Assembly (NCBI GenBank): GCA_043228905.1
Contig: JBHGNT010000016.1
Span: 16,864,001 to 16,928,000 of the forward strand
DNA length: 64,000 nt
Direction of reading: 5' to 3'
From: Azolla caroliniana
Lineage: Eukaryota > Plantae > Polypodiophyta
Below, piece after piece: positions 1-13,871 of this stretch (position 1 is its first letter; every line of letters starts with the position of its first letter). Under the pieces are notes generated by a model. That model did no database searches. It worked only from the letters and a program-made list of their open reading frames with translations, and was not told where the DNA came from. Made by a program: the position numbers and the translations under genes.

Positions 1-56
1 CTGAACAACATTGAGGTATAATACATACTATACAAATGATGAGGTACTATACGTAT

Positions 57-3000
57 TTAAACGTTAAATACGGGTACGTAAACAACCATGGCACTGCCGT
101 TAAACTCGTCGATTATCCAGGAGGGGCTTGTCCATCGGAATCGTAATTTCCCCTGCATGGCACCGAGTCGTATTTGGAAGACGAGTAACAGTATGCTGAT
201 GGTAAGTGCTTTCTCTGTAACTTTCCGGTGTCGATCTACGAAGGCTTTGCATTGTCGTTGGCATTGATCTAGTTGAGACATGCTGGCCACTCGATGTTCG
301 CCGAGTTTGAGGAGTTCTTCGAGCCGATATTGCTCTAATTAGGCCTCAGGGAGCCTTTCCTTAACTTGAACTCGGAGACTCGGAACTTGGAACTCGATCG
401 GCATGACTGCTTCCAAACCAAATGTCATCCGAAAGGGGGTAGATTGAATGCTAGTTTCAAATGTGGTGCGATACGCCCATAATGCACTCTAGAGCTTGTC
501 ATCCCAATCGGTGTGGTTTTCATTGACGATCTTTTTTAGGATTGTTTGCAAAATTTTATTAGTAGATTCCACCAATTCGTTTGCTTGAGGATAGTACGGT
601 GTACTTTTCTTATGTACGACCACATAGTGTGTAGTGAGCTCCTGAATTATGTGGTTTATAAAATGCCCACCTTGTTCACTAATGAGCTCGATTGGGCATC
701 CATAACGGCACCATAGATGTTCATAAACGAACTATGCAGCCGTGTTGTCCTGTAGTGCCTTAGCCTCGACCCATTTTGTGCAATAGTCCATGGCCACGAT
801 TATATACTTGTTACTGGTGCGAGCCGTTGCTCGTTTAAAAGGTCCCACAAAGTCTAACCCCCACTTTTGAAATGGTTCTAACGGGAGGATGGGTTGGTGC
901 AGCATCTGGGCTTGCTCGGTCGGTTGTCCCATGCGTTGACACAAATCGCACTGTCGATAGAATTCATGAGCATCTTTTTTCGTTGTAGGCCACCATAACC
1001 CACTCTGCCATATTTTTCTTGCCATGGACTCTCCAACATAATGAGCCCCTCTGATGTGCCTCCTGGAGGATTGCATGTTTCTCAAATTGACGGATTGCAC
1101 GATGCCAGATGCCATTCGAGCCTTTGTGGCAGAGGGTGTCGGAGACCAGATAAAAGTATCGGCTCTGGACAGCTAGTTGTTTCCGAGCATCAAGGGTCAG
1201 GTGGTCGGGAGGAGGGCCAATGCTGAGGAAATGGGTCATTTCAGTGATCCATTCATCTTCGTTTTCGTCTGGCACCGTTGCAAGACGGGTAGATCATCGT
1301 ACGTGGCATCGGCTGGTTCTCTTGACGAGAGGTGGCTCAGGTAGTCAGCTACGACGTGTTGGACTCCGGGCCGGTGTTGGATCTGAAAATCAAACTCTTG
1401 TAGCAGGAGCATCCATTGGGCCAGGCGACCTGTGAGGGCTTGTTTATTTACCAAGTAGAGGAGAGCTGAGTGATTGACGTGGAATGTGAATTTCCGGCCC
1501 AAGAGGTAATGCCGGAATTTGTTGATGCTATAGACCATACCGAGGGCCTCACATTTAGTTGTTGAGTAGTTCTTCTCCGTGACCAAGAGTTGTCGGCTAG
1601 CGTAATACAATGGCTAATACCAATTTGGTGGTGTGCGCTGCATGAGTGCGCTTCTGATGGCTATATCTGATGCGTCTACAAAGACGTGAAAAGGTTCCGA
1701 CCAAACTGGTGGTTGTACAATAGGGGCATGGGGGAGCATTAACTTCAAGGATTGGTAAGCCTCGTCTTCTATTGAAGACCACTGAAATTGGAGTTTATGC
1801 ACAACCGCGTGCAATGGAGTTGCGAAATCGGCTAGGTATCGTAACATCCGGCCATACCATTTGATTTGTCCCAGGAATCGGCTAAGGGCCTTCATAGTAG
1901 AGGGCGCGGGAGCGTTCAGAATGGCTTGCACTTTATCCGGGTCCATGGCGATACCTTTATGTGCCCGAGCAGGTTACCGCTTGTCACCAAGAACGTGCAT
2001 TTTGCCAGATTTAAGCTCAACTGAGCTTGTCGAAAGTGATCGAGACAGAGGCGTAACTGGGTCATATGCTCCAGCCACTGGCCATACACGGCAAAGTCGT
2101 CGAGAAAAACTTGCATGAACGCCGGGATATAATCGTTGAAAATCTGGATGATGATGCGTTGGAATGTGGCCGGTGCCATTTTTAATCCGAACATCATTAC
2201 CTCAGCCACGAAGACACCCCATTCCGTGACAAATGTTGTTTTCTCCTGATCGTCCAGGTGCATTCTGATTTGGTTATAGCCGCTGAACCCATCTAGAAAG
2301 TTGTAGCATTCATGACCAACCACCGTGTTGAGGAGACTATCCGTGAATGGGAGAGGAAACCCATCCGTGACTGTCGCGGCATTGAGTTTGCGGTTATCAA
2401 CGCCAACACGGATTTTCCTGTTTTTCTTGGGGATGACGACGATTGGACTTAACCATGTGGCTCTTTTTACTAGCTTGATCTCCTCTTTGACCTTAGCCGC
2501 GTAGTTGGGGTTCATACGGTATCGTCGTTGTTGGACCGACCGAGTGTAATGAAGGAGGTGTATTTGGTGTTGGTAATATTGGGGATCCAATCCCTTCATA
2601 TCAGTGTAAGACCATGCGAGTAGATCCTGATAATCTGTGAGCAAGTGTATGAGGGCTGACCGTTCGTCGGATGGTAAGTTGTTAGCAATTTGTAGTGTAC
2701 AGGGGTTCACGTCGAAACCGAGGTTAAGTGACTCGAGCGTTGATGCTTTGACTCGCTGAGAGATGGAGAGTTCTCATTCGAACGCATCCCGACCGTGTCG
2801 TAATTCCGTGATAGTTGTGGAATCTGGCTTGTCCTAGGGAAGCGAATCTTCCGTGACATCCTCGTCCGGTGGTGTGCCGACGGCCGAGATGGCGTCTATT
2901 TCGAAGAGGGGTATGATAGTGGGATGATCTTCTAGGAAGTCATCCACCTCTTCATCGGATAACCCGTCGAGCATGTGTACCCCTTCCACGTATAAGGGTG

Positions 3001-3830
3001 TGGTGTTGTGGGGCGTGGTTAGGCGTTTTTATGTTATTATCGGTACCTTGGTCTTCCCCCGGCGGAAAGAGATCATATTTCGTTGCCAATGTTGTTTAAT
3101 ATTTGTTGTGTGCAACCACGGTTGTCCAAGCAGCATTGGGTTGGCGCCCGGGGCTTCAAGGCGTAACATGACTGCCAAGATAGTGAACAAGTGACCTCCT
3201 AACATGAAGTCAAGGTGGCGGATTAACCCTATGGGGCGAACCAATCGCGTATCGGCCATCCGAAGTCAAAAGGGGCAAGGTTCCTACTGGTTCAAACCTA
3301 GTTTGTGACATGTGGCCTCGCTAATGACGTTCACACCGGAGCCATCGTCGATTATGCATCCATGAAGGTTGCTTCCCTTAATCCATGAGGGGTGGGCCCG
3401 TCCCGATTCTGTCAGGTTAACAGGGGGTGCGGCCGATTTGGCATTACTCGTGAGCGTAGCCAATGTATCCCGAAAGTGCAACATGAGCGGTAAAAGCTTA
3501 TGCAATGGCCACGAGATCCTAGAACTAGTAAGGGTGTCTTACAAATGGTCATCTTCGGCCGAGGTGGATGGTCATGCGGACTGTGGTGGTCCGATGGTCA
3601 CATCCTGCATCTCTGTGTGCATCCGCTCCACGTTGCTTTTGTTGGCGATGTCAATCCATTCCTTGGCTGCTTGTCGAACTTCATCTTGTACTTGCCATTG
3701 GGTGGCATGGGTTTTGCTGCGTGTAGTGAAGTGTTGAACGTCTGCCACAATACTATTCACGGTCAGGGCCATGCTGCGGTCCGTGGTTGGGCATTGGCTA
3801 GCGTAGTGGCCGGGTTGGTTACACTTAAAG
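57..3830 (-). pseudogene. Gypsy gag-end/pol (PR-RT-RH-INT), frameshifted, multiple stops
   Basis: Domain motifs are split over ORFs 57-290, 732-1115, 964-1275, 1236-1610, 1614-1946, 1916-2710, 3029-3259, 3284-3505. Confidence 0.9.
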
Positions 3831-3831
3831 G

Positions 3832-4241
3832 TGTAGAAACAAATAACGTGCGGAAGCAATAGAAAACAGAAAATAGAAAACAAGTTTGATGGAGAGCTTA
3901 ACACTACGTGGGAGAGACAGAGAGAGAGACCACACAGAAACTTAATTCAAAAAATACTACTCAGTCTATACATCGTATGTGCTCAGTGAACACTTTTATA
4001 CAAGTCCATCCGGACTGACAGAAGTACGATGTACTTCAATGCTCACACGACCGTCTGACACTAGACTACGACGTATTAACTCCCTAGTAGACTAGCTGCT
4101 ACTTGGCTTTCAGTTACTGCTTGATCCAGCTAACTAGCTCCGTAGCTCACCGGCTCACTTGCTCCAGCTCATCCTTCTAGATGCCGATCCGGCTCAGGCT
4201 TATTTAGCTGATCCGGATCCGATTGAGCTTGCCGCTCAACA
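3832..4241 (-). repeat. 3' LTR of copia 3832-8953
   Basis: Direct repeat of 8552-8953; adjacent PPT. Confidence 0.9.
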
Positions 4242-7200
4242 CTGCCCCTCAAGCTCAATTTGAGGTCGTATCATAGTGTCAGTCTCTATGGTAGCCAGTC
4301 CTTCCACCTGGCTCCTTTTGGTGTCACTCCGCCTTGCTCGCACTCCTCGTCCGGTCCGGTCCCATTTCCTATGACCCTTCTGTTTCTGCGCATCTCAACC
4401 TCCTTGGTCGGCTTGTCTGCTCAACAGGCCCAAATCAGCTCCCTCCCTACTATGACTTTGGCGCTTGTCGACCCGCGGATTCCTTCGTGTTGGCGTCGAC
4501 TTTTGCTGCCATCTCATCCTCTTGTCCTTGAATTGATCCGGTTCTTCCGAATCCTTCTATAGAACCGAATCGGCTATCTCCGATTCGTTCCAGCTGGGAC
4601 TTGACTCGGCGGATTTCATCGAGTCCGGGTTCAGTGATGACTAGATCATCAACATACAGTAAGATTCAAACTGGACCGTCCGAACCTTGCCGGATGAACA
4701 ATGAAGAGTCGGACTTGGAGGCCGCAAACCCCAACGTACGCATTCCAAGCTCGAGGGGCTTGCTTCAGGCCATAAAGTGACTTCTTCAGCCGTCATACAA
4801 CCGACTTGTTCATTTCCGACTGAAAACCGGGAGGCTGGGTTGTAAAGACCTCTTCTTCTAGATCGCCTTGAAGAAATGCATTCTTCACGTCCATCTGGTG
4901 AAGATGCCACTCCCTTGCCGCAACAAGCGCTAGCACCACATGAACTGTCGTCATCTTCGCTACCGGAGCGAAGGTCTCGTCGTAGTCGATTCCGTAGGTT
5001 TGCGCGTATCCCTTCGTCACTAACCGGGCCTTGTACCGGTTAACTAAACCGTCGGCGTTGTACTTTACCTTGTACACCCACTTGCATCTGATCAGTTTAC
5101 TGTGACGGGAAGGGTCAACTAGGTCCCCCAAGCCCTTCATCTCAAACGCATCCGACATCTGGGACTTGACTCAGCTGATTTCATCGAGTCTGGGTCCAGT
5201 GATGAGCAAATCATCAACGTACAACAAGATGCAAACGGAACCGTCCGGACCATGCCGGATGAACAACGAAGAGTCGGACTTGGAGGCCACAAACCCCATC
5301 TTACGCAACCGGTGCGTGATCTTCGCATTCCAAGCTCGGGGGGCTTGCTTCAAGCCATAAAGTGACTTCTTTAGCCGGCATACTGCCGACTTGTTCATCT
5401 CCGTCTGGAAACTGAGGGGTTATATCATAAAGCCCTCTTCTTCAAGATCTCCTTGAAGAAATGCATTCTTCACATCCATCTAGTAAAGATGCCACCCCCT
5501 TGCCGCTGCAACCGCCAGCACCACACGAACCGTCGTCATCTTCGCTACCGGAGCGAAGGTCTCGTCGTAGTCGATTCCGTGGGTCTGTACGTATCCCTTC
5601 GCCACTAACCGGGCCTTCTATCGGTTAACCGAACTGTCGGCGTTGTACTTTACCTTGTACACCCACTTGCATCCGATTGGTTTACTGTGACGGGGAGGGT
5701 CAACCAGGTCCCATGTATCATTCACATCAAGTGCCCGCATCTCTTCCTCCATAGCGGCATGCCAATTTGCATCCCTTGCCACTTCTGTGTAGCTCTCTGG
5801 CTCACGCACTTCCGCCACCTTGGTCATGTACGCATAGTGATGCGCCATGTACTAATTCTACCCGTACCGCTTAGCAGGTTCCTTTTGGCGGGTTGATCAC
5901 CGTTACCCGGTTTAAGGCCCTTCTTGGCCGGTTCGGTCTTTGATGCCGAAGAGCCGTCATTTTCCTTTCCGGAGTTTGATCCGCTCTGATCTGACTCATC
6001 ATTGCCGGTTTCATAATCCGGCATCTTCTTCTTCCCTTTCTCTTTGCGCATGAACCATCTCCTCGGTTCCTTGCACGCGGAGAGCACGACAGAGTCTTCA
6101 CTACTCGCCGGTTCCTCTTCTGACTGGTTGGATTGACCCACTCAACCAAAACGATTCTGGACTCTCTTCTTGGGTCCCAAATTCATCATCTTCTATCTGG
6201 ACCAGTTCAGGCTCACTAGCCTCATCCTCCCGTATCGGGTCGGGGTTGGAAGTCGGAGCCGGTAAGGCATACCATGATGTTGTCTCAACAAACTCAACAT
6301 CGCGGCTAACTCGAACCTGCTTTGTCCGGGGGTTATAATACTTATACCCCTTTTGCTCATGTGAGTAGCCGACGAGGATGCACTTCTCCGATTTTGCATC
6401 CAACTTCCTCCGCTTCTCATCCGGCACATGCACATATGCTATGCTGCCGAAAATCCGAAGGTAGACGACTGTCCGGACCCCCTCTACCCAGTCGAAATGT
6501 GGCATGCTCTTCTCTTCTAGAATTGCCCTTGCCGCGTCGACCAGCGACCGGTTCTTCCTTTCAGGCACACCGTTTTGCTCCGGTGTGTATCTGCAGCTGA
6601 CCTTTGTCCGAATTCCTGTTTGTTGCAGATAACTATTGAATTGGCCGGAAAAATATTATTTTTCGCCATCTAACTGTAGGCACTTGATCTTCCTCTCCGA
6701 TTCCCGTTCCACCATGCTTTGGAGGTTCCGGAAACAGTCGAAGACTTTGCTCTTCCGCTCAATGAGGTAGATCCATGTCTGCCGGCTATAGTCGTCGATG
6801 AAGGAGACGAAGTATCGACTCCCGCCAAGACTCACGTTCTATGCCAGTCCCCATACATCCGAATGAATAAGGTCCAGCTTGTTACAATTATAGTTTCGCT
6901 CGGTGGGGAATGGAAGTCGGTGTTGCTTCCCGAGTTGGCAGGCTTCACATACTTGGGCCCTCTGGCCAATGAACTTCGGCAAACCGAAAACAACTTGTTT
7001 CGTTTGAAGGTCTTGAAGCCTTCAGTAATTGACGTGGCCGATCCGCTTGTGCCAGAGATCGATGTCCGATTCAATCTTCTGTCCTTTGGTCCACAAAGCA
7101 GTGTCGACGTCATTGGTGTCAAGGACGAACATCCTCCCGTCTTTGCGCCCTTGCGCAATAATCTGGCCCTCCTCCTCGATGAAGCACCCGAGGTGCGTAA

Positions 7201-8551
7201 ACCGCACCTGCATTCCCTGGTCGATGATCTGTCTGACCGACACTAGGTTCTTCGTGATAGTCGGAACGTGCAATATGTTCATCAGCTTCCCCCTCTGTCC
7301 GACGTGGCTCAAAGGGACTTCACCGATATGCACGATTGGGTGAGGAGTGTCGTCTCCAGTTTTGACAACTCTCGTTTGTTCAGGTTTCTCCAGGAAGGAG
7401 AACCACTCTTTGTGGATCGTCATGTGATTTGATGCACCGGAATCAACATACCACACTTCCTTCGATTTGGAAGTGGTCTTCTTCATGGAATTTGCCTCGT
7501 GCTTCATCACCAAGGTTGGCCTCTTACCGGTCTTCTCGGTTCTGGATCCTTTTGATCCTTGCGTGTAGTGCGAGCTTTGCCGGTTCTCCCGACCGGTTTT
7601 GCCGGATCTAGAGCCGTCCGAATCGGCACACTTCTTCCAGCACTCACTTTCTCTCTAGCCCTTTTTGCCATAGTACCAGCATTCCGTGGCGGATTTGTCT
7701 TGCCGGTCTCCGGCGCCACCTTGACTCCCCCTGGTTGTGGAGGTCCCGGAACTGCTGTCGGCACGGTCTCTGTGCCATCGGTCTTGCCCTTGCCAGCCGC
7801 CTCCATTGCGTGCCGACCCGCCTCGTCCACCATGCCCATGGGGCCGATCTGCCTCCATGTACAACATTCGGCTATCGGTGGGTGCAGTTGTTGACATTCT
7901 CCTCTACAAGGAGCATCGATTGTAAGTCGAAAAATGATGGTGTATTCTCCCTCGTACATATTGTTGTCCAGAAAGCTCGGAACTTAGACGCCAGACCCCC
8001 AATATAGACCTGTACCATCTTGTCATCCTCTACTATGACGTTGATAGATGCAAGCGAGTCACAGATCTCTTTGATTCGGGCTGTGTAATCAGCCATCGAC
8101 ATGTCCTTCTGTCGGACATTGCTCAACTCCTGTCGGAGTTGCAGCTTCCGGGTTGTAGTGCTTGCGGCGAACGCCTTCTTCAAGTTTCCCCAAGCCTCTT
8201 TCGACGTCTTGGCATCTCAGATGTGGCTCAGTAGCTGGTCTCCGACACTGGACGCAAAGCAGTACATCACTCTACTTGCCGATTGTTCCCACACCGGGAA
8301 GTCCTTGTGTGCCGCATCAGGTGTTGTGTCGTTAGCTCCGTCGACATAGCTCTAGTAGCCATGCACAAGCAGGTACTGGTGCACCTTGTATGACCAAGAT
8401 GCGTAGTTGGATTTGTCGAGCTTCTCCACCGAGAGCGAGCTAGTCATTCGTCTATCCATTTTTTTTTTCTGTTCTTTACAAAGGTTAGGTTTTCTTTTTG
8501 CGAAAGCGAATGTCGGCTGCAGAGGTTCTCATCCCTCGTGCTCTGATACCC

Positions 8552-8953
8552 TGTCGAAACAAATAACATGCGGAAGCAATAGAAAACAGAAAACAGGTTT
8601 AATGGAGAGCTTAATAGTACGCGGGAGAGACAGAGAGAAAGAGTACACAGAAACTTAATTCAGAAAATACTACTCAGTCTGTACATCATATGTGTTCAGT
8701 GAACACTTTTATACAAGTCCATCTAGACTAACAGAAGTACGGTGTACTTCAATGCTCACACGAGCGTTTGACACTAACTACGAGGTATTAACTCCCTAGT
8801 AGACTAGCTGCTACTTGGCTTCCGGTTACTGCTTGATCCAGCTAACCAGCTCCCTAGCTCACCAGCTCACTTGCTCCAACTCATCCTTCTAGATGCCGAT
8901 CCAGCTTAGGCTTATTCAGCCAATTCGGCTCCGGTTGAGCTTGCCGCTCAACA
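8552..8953 (-). repeat. 5' LTR of copia 3832-8953
   Basis: Direct repeat of 3832-4241; adjacent PBS-iMet. Confidence 0.9.
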
Positions 8954-9665
8954 GTAGGTTACCAACCGAGCTAGTGTCACTGCGAACAATGTTTGGGAGA
9001 GGGTGTGAGCAGTCCCCTGCCTCTTGCGTAGGTGTGTTGGCCCGTGGCGCGTTATGGGGAAGAGAGTTGCGCGGTACATTTTGAGGAAGGTCTTGATGAC
9101 GATTGTCGTTCTGCCGTCGATTGTTCCGCGAACCTCTGTGAGAGTTCCTCCTATCGTGTCGTGAATACCGTTGATCGTACCAGTCATCCCGGTCGTTGTC
9201 GTACCGGTCATACTCGTCGTTTGTTCTATATTGGTCATCATGGTATTGGTCACGGCGGTCATCTGATCTCCTGCGGTTGTCGTGGCGGTAGCGGTTGTCG
9301 TCGCGGCGGTAGTCGTCGTCACGACGCTGACGATCTCGGGATCGTGGTCGCTCGTTTTCCTAATTTCGGTAGGATTGACGCTCGTCCTGCCATGAGTATG
9401 TATTTGGAGGTTCGATCTAGCGAACTGAAGCCGTCATATTGCAGTTGAGCATGTTGTATTCACATTGTTCGATCGTGTGAGATCGAGACTGATAGATTGG
9501 ACAATGTGGCTGGTGAGGGCACTCGAGAGCTAGATGGCCCGAGCCCAAGTAGGTTGTGCATTGGAGGGCTTATTGGAAATGATTTTCCTCCTGAGGAAGG
9601 GTGCTTTGCAAAGAGCCCATGGAGAAAGCCGTGTTGTGCTTTGCAACGATCGATGGCGAGGACGA

Positions 9666-10773
9666 TGTTGTGAAGATTTTTGGCAATAGTGTGAAAATCC
9701 CATAAAACGTACAAAATCAAGTATGAATCACATAATACAATAATTGTGAAGATAACATTTTAAATAAATTTAATATCTAAGTACAAAATGATGGAGGTTT
9801 CGAATGCACTTTATTACACGAGAAACGGACAACTAAATGTCAAGATATGGGGGTATAAAGTTTGTGAAAGGAAAAGAGAAAATTGTGAGATATCCCACAT
9901 AGGCACGACAAATACGGCTCTCATCATATATAAGGTAGAGCAAAAGATATTATCTTTGTGTGTATGTGTGGAGCATAGAGAGTTCAAGGTAACTTGAACT
10001 AAGAGTGGAGGTGGGCTAGCTACTCGTAAAGGGTTTTGGCCAACCAAAACCGGACCGGCGATGGAGCCGGAGAGGCGGTGGCATCCGGTGAGGCAGTGGT
10101 AACCAACGGCATCCGGCGCCGGCACCAGTAACCGGCAGCATCCAGCGACAACCGACGACGGCATCCAGTACCCGACGAACCGGCGTCCGGCGACTAGATA
10201 AATAAATATATAAATATATATACATATATACATATACAAGGAGGGCAAGTAAGGATTCAAACCTTGCACCTCTGAGTTAAGAGTCAATTGGCTTACCATT
10301 AAGCCATGCCATTTAGTTGAATTTATATTTCTATCATTGTACTTTTACATGTAAATTCTCATACATGAGAGCTAAAATGAGTGACATGGTTATCATGCAC
10401 CACATGTAATACATAAGCGCCAAATGGCAAACATGCATTTTATGCATGTCTTGTACCCTCACATGCATCATACGCATGAGAGCATCTATAAAAGAAGGAA
10501 GGGGGAGGAGAAAAAACATGTTTTTCTTTTATGAAATCAAGAGGAAGAAATTCGTTATCAAATTGATCGTGTAACTTGTTTCTTAAATCTAAAGTTAAAA
10601 GTTCAATCAATCTCTCTCAATCGTGTAATCTCAACTTCTCTCTTTCCCAATCTATCTTAAGTACTTTCTCGCTAAAGCTTGCGCCAAAGCTTGTACCGAC
10701 TTTGAATCCTTCCGGTCCAGAACCCCGACAGTTCTACCTCACGATCCGTGCGTAGTGACGGATCTTCACGACA
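9666..10773 (+). mobile_element. Gypsy-type solo LTR (~1.1 kb) inserted into gypsy gag
   Basis: Inverted termini TGTTGTGAAGAT...ATCTTCACGACA; host gag reads VIARV|LAIDR across it; TATA-like CTATAAAAG ~10486 followed by a CT-rich R/U5-like region (basis for orientation). Confidence 0.75.
10243..10312 (-). ncRNA. tRNA-like (Pol III A/B box) module inside solo LTR; Lys(CTT)-like loop
   Basis: Minus strand GGCA-TGGCTTAATGG(A box)-TAAGCC..TTGA CTCTTAA CTCA..CAAGG TTTGAAT CCTT..TGCC; D-hairpin GGCTT/AAGCC; T-stem AAGG/CCTT. Confidence 0.6.
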
Positions 10774-11328
10774 ACGCGTGCGATGACTTGCTCAATTGTC
10801 TAGTTAGAGAAATTGGTAAGTGGGAGAGTCGTTCGTAGAGGCTCTCGTAGGCTGGAAAGGAAGGTATCCAGAATGTGATGTGCGGAGACATCGTCGGCCA
10901 ATTGTTAGTAGAGATCCTGAAACCGGATCGTGAACTGGGCGATCGTCTCGTGAGGTTCTTAATATGTTAAATACTTATAAAATTTGTATTTTACGTATTT
11001 TACGTATAGTACGTTAAATACTTCTAGAATTTGAAAATTATTTACCTTTCTAAAAAATATCTATAATATTGTAAAAACATCTATGTTTACACAATTTTGT
11101 GATGTACAATATAGTTCTACATCCTAAAATGCATATAAGACATTTGAACATTTCACATCCTAAAATACTTGAAGTGATATGGATGTTGACATTCCCTTAT
11201 TCTATAAATCAGTGTAAGTGTGTATCACGATGTTCTACTTCAAATTGTAATTATTTACAAATATGCCTTCATAGATTGACTAATCGTCTACGATTAACAC
11301 GCTCATGATAGGTTTCTCTTTTGTTCGT

Positions 11329-11430
11329 TTTCTTCTTCTTCTTCTTCTATCTTCTGCGATTATCACACTCAAGACAGGTTTATGTCTTCTTTTCTCTCTT
11401 CTTCTTCTTCTTCTTCATCTTCTTCATCAT
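11329..11430. repeat. (CTT)n/(CAT)n microsatellite-rich tract
   Basis: Runs of tcttcttcttctt. Confidence 0.8.
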
Positions 11431-12105
11431 CGTCTCATCTATTCTTCTTTCTTTGGCTTCTTTTTCACTAAAATATTTTTTTTCTTTTGCTTTTTGTTAC
11501 GGTTTTACTTACACTTTCTTTATAAATACGTATTATACCTATTTTTTTATAAATACGTTAAATACCGTATTGGACAAATGTACATGATATTTGATTGAAC
11601 AACATTAAGGTATAGTACGTACTATAAAAATGATGAGGTGCTATATGTATTTAAACGTTAAATACAGGTACGTAAACAACCATGGTTGACACGAAAGCAC
11701 GGGTGTGCGATTCCGCGTTTGGGCCGTCTGTATATCGTGGGTAAGCGTAAGCCATGGTATCGAGATCCGGGTCTTCAGGTAAAGCCGGGAAAGGGTTAGG
11801 GTTAGGTTGGGTGACCTCTAGAGGGCTTGGCGGGGAGATCAGTGCGGAATCAACTCGCTACTGGGTATCGGGTGGCGAGGATTGCAACTGGTGGGCCTCC
11901 GATAGTTACTGGAAAGATTGGTCAGTGATCGCCGAGTCGGAAGTTCCTTCGACTGGCTCAGGGCGTCGGGCAGCTGGTCGAGGCCGCGTGATGCGATTGG
12001 GCGCTGTAATGGCCGTTGAGTTTTGCCTCCTACGTAGTTCGTTGTGACCTTATAGCTATAACTAGGTGTGCCAAATTGTGTTAACCGTTTCTGGAGGAAA
12101 CACCT

Positions 12106-13871
12106 TGTAAAAGAAAATGTTGTGCGGAAGCGTGTGCGTAAACACAGAGTATAGAGTTTGAAGGAATAAGACAATTAGGTTAAAACATAGAAAACGCAGA
12201 GATGGAGATGGAGATGGAGAGATAGAGAGAGAGGGTGAGCAGAAACAGTAAACTCTAATTCAAAATAATGATTCTCTCACTCACTATACACCGTGCTCAG
12301 TGAACATCTTTTATACAAGCCCTGATAATCGGGCTAGCACAAGTACTGACAATACTTGACACTCATAAATGAGCTGCTACACTCACTCCCAAAAATATTC
12401 CTTTCGAGGAATATCTTTCGAACGGCCTCACGGTTTACGCACTGCTATGGCCTATTGTGCGCATGGTTCTACGCACCCAGTTTACGCACTAGTTTACGGA
12501 CCCGATTACACACCGAATGTTGAGCTTGTCTCTCAACACTCGCCCTCAAGCTCAACTTGAGGTTCTTTCCTCTCTGTCGGATCGACACTCTAGTTCCTTC
12601 GGGCTTCACGCCTCACTCGCGCTCCTCGAACCATTCGATTCCACGTGCTTCGACCCTTCCGATCGGCTTGTCTACTTGTTCAGCCCTTCTCAGCACCCTT
12701 GTTGTCGCAGTGTTGGTGCGTCCTTCGTTGCCCTTTTCTCCGCATGGCCTTCAGTTGATTCGGCGTATCCAAATCGAACATTCCGATTGAATCGAACACT
12801 TTCGACTCAATTCTGCTCTCATCCGAATTGGCTGTCTCCAATTCGTCTCCTGTGTCTTTAGGCCTTTGACTACATCAGACCACGTCTTTAGGCTGTATCT
12901 CCCCCTGATTCGGCTATCCTCGGCTCTTCCCTACAGTTATGACCCTTGCTCTTTTCTTTAGCTTCTTTAGCTGGCCTGAAATCGAATTCTTCATCCGATT
13001 CTACGTCATGGTCACTTCCTTGGCGATGACCACCTCCGCTCCTTTCACGCTCTTGTTCCTATTTGTCTTCTTTTCTCCCCCCTCAAGTTCGGTGTTTCGA
13101 GGTGACACAACCCAAGCTCACCCGAGAAATGGAGTAACATGTCGAGACAAAGAGGCTTGGTGAAGATGTCGGCAACTTGCACCAATTCGACTTCACCTGA
13201 AAGTACCCGCTCGTGGACAAAATGGTAATGCACCTCAATGTGCTTGGTCTGGCCGTGGAACACGGGGTTTTTCTCAAGGTGGATACTACTGCGGTTATTA
13301 CAAAAGATCGTGGTCGGATCAGACACCTCTACATGCAGATCCTATAATAGCCGTTTTAGCCAAATGACTTTGCACATACCGACAGTCGCCCCTCGATACT
13401 CGGCCTCCATGCTCGACAGTGCTACTGTCGGCTGCTTCTTACTGCTCCACGCAATCGCCGCACTTGCTAGAGAGAATGCGTATCTGGATGTGGATCTACG
13501 ATCGTGGGCGTTTCCGGCCCAATCAACATCCGTGTAGTCGACTAACTGTTCGGCTACACCTGCCTGATAAAACAATGCCATGTCTTTCGTGCCGCTGACA
13601 TAACACAATATCCGTTGCGCGCACAAAAAGTGTTCGGCCCTAGGCTACGACATGAATTCACTGATTAGGCCGATTGGATAACTATGATCTGGCTGAGTAT
13701 TCGTCAGATAGATAAGGCTTTTGACAATCTGTCGGAACCATGTCGGGTTGCACACCTTCCCCGAATCTCGGCCAAGCTTTGCATTTCTATCCAGAGGGGT
13801 CGAGATGGGCTTACAGTGTGCATATTCAGCACTAATGATGTTGGCTGATCAATATGGCTTCGGGGGTACGG
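12106..13871 (-). mobile_element. Ty1/copia 3' half (3' LTR 12106-12538, RNase H, RT end), truncated by a gypsy insertion
   Basis: YTDVDWAG...SSKKQPTVALSSMEAEY...TKHIEVHYHF; PPT next to LTR. Confidence 0.85.

Larger units (their letters stand above)
3832..8953 (-). mobile_element. Ty1/copia element with both LTRs, inserted into the gypsy gag zinc knuckle; RT partly duplicated, RNase H deleted
   Basis: LTRs 3832-4241 and 8552-8953 (TG...CA); PBS-iMet GCTCTGATACC 8540-8550; PPT 4242-4250; gag, CWYYGKKG knuckle, WYVDSGAS protease, integrase, RT YVDDL. Host gag reads ...ARLVT | FKCNQPGH across the insertion. TSD not clean (AAAGG/GTAGG). Confidence 0.9.
1..12105 (-). mobile_element. Ty3/gypsy non-chromovirus (Athila/Tat-related) LTR retrotransposon, decayed, carrying nested insertions; continues past the left edge
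   Basis: Minus-strand fragments in gypsy order: gag N-term (~11690-12040), gag core QEPHETIAQFTIRFQDL (~10780-10950), CCHC knuckle FKCNQPGHYASQCP (~3790-3830), protease IIDDGSGVNVI (3284-3505), RT LDGFSGYNQI...VFLDDF (1916-2710), RNase H FVDASD...EALGMV (1236-1946), integrase WGLDFVGP (~300-1115). PBS-like TGGCACACCTAGT at 12061-12073; LTR stub 12078-12105. Confidence 0.85.

Noticed and set aside
10243-10312. Functional tRNA-Lys gene (and the other four modules as true tRNAs)
   Set aside because: Acceptor and anticodon stems are incomplete and all copies sit inside LTRs; reported as tRNA-like only
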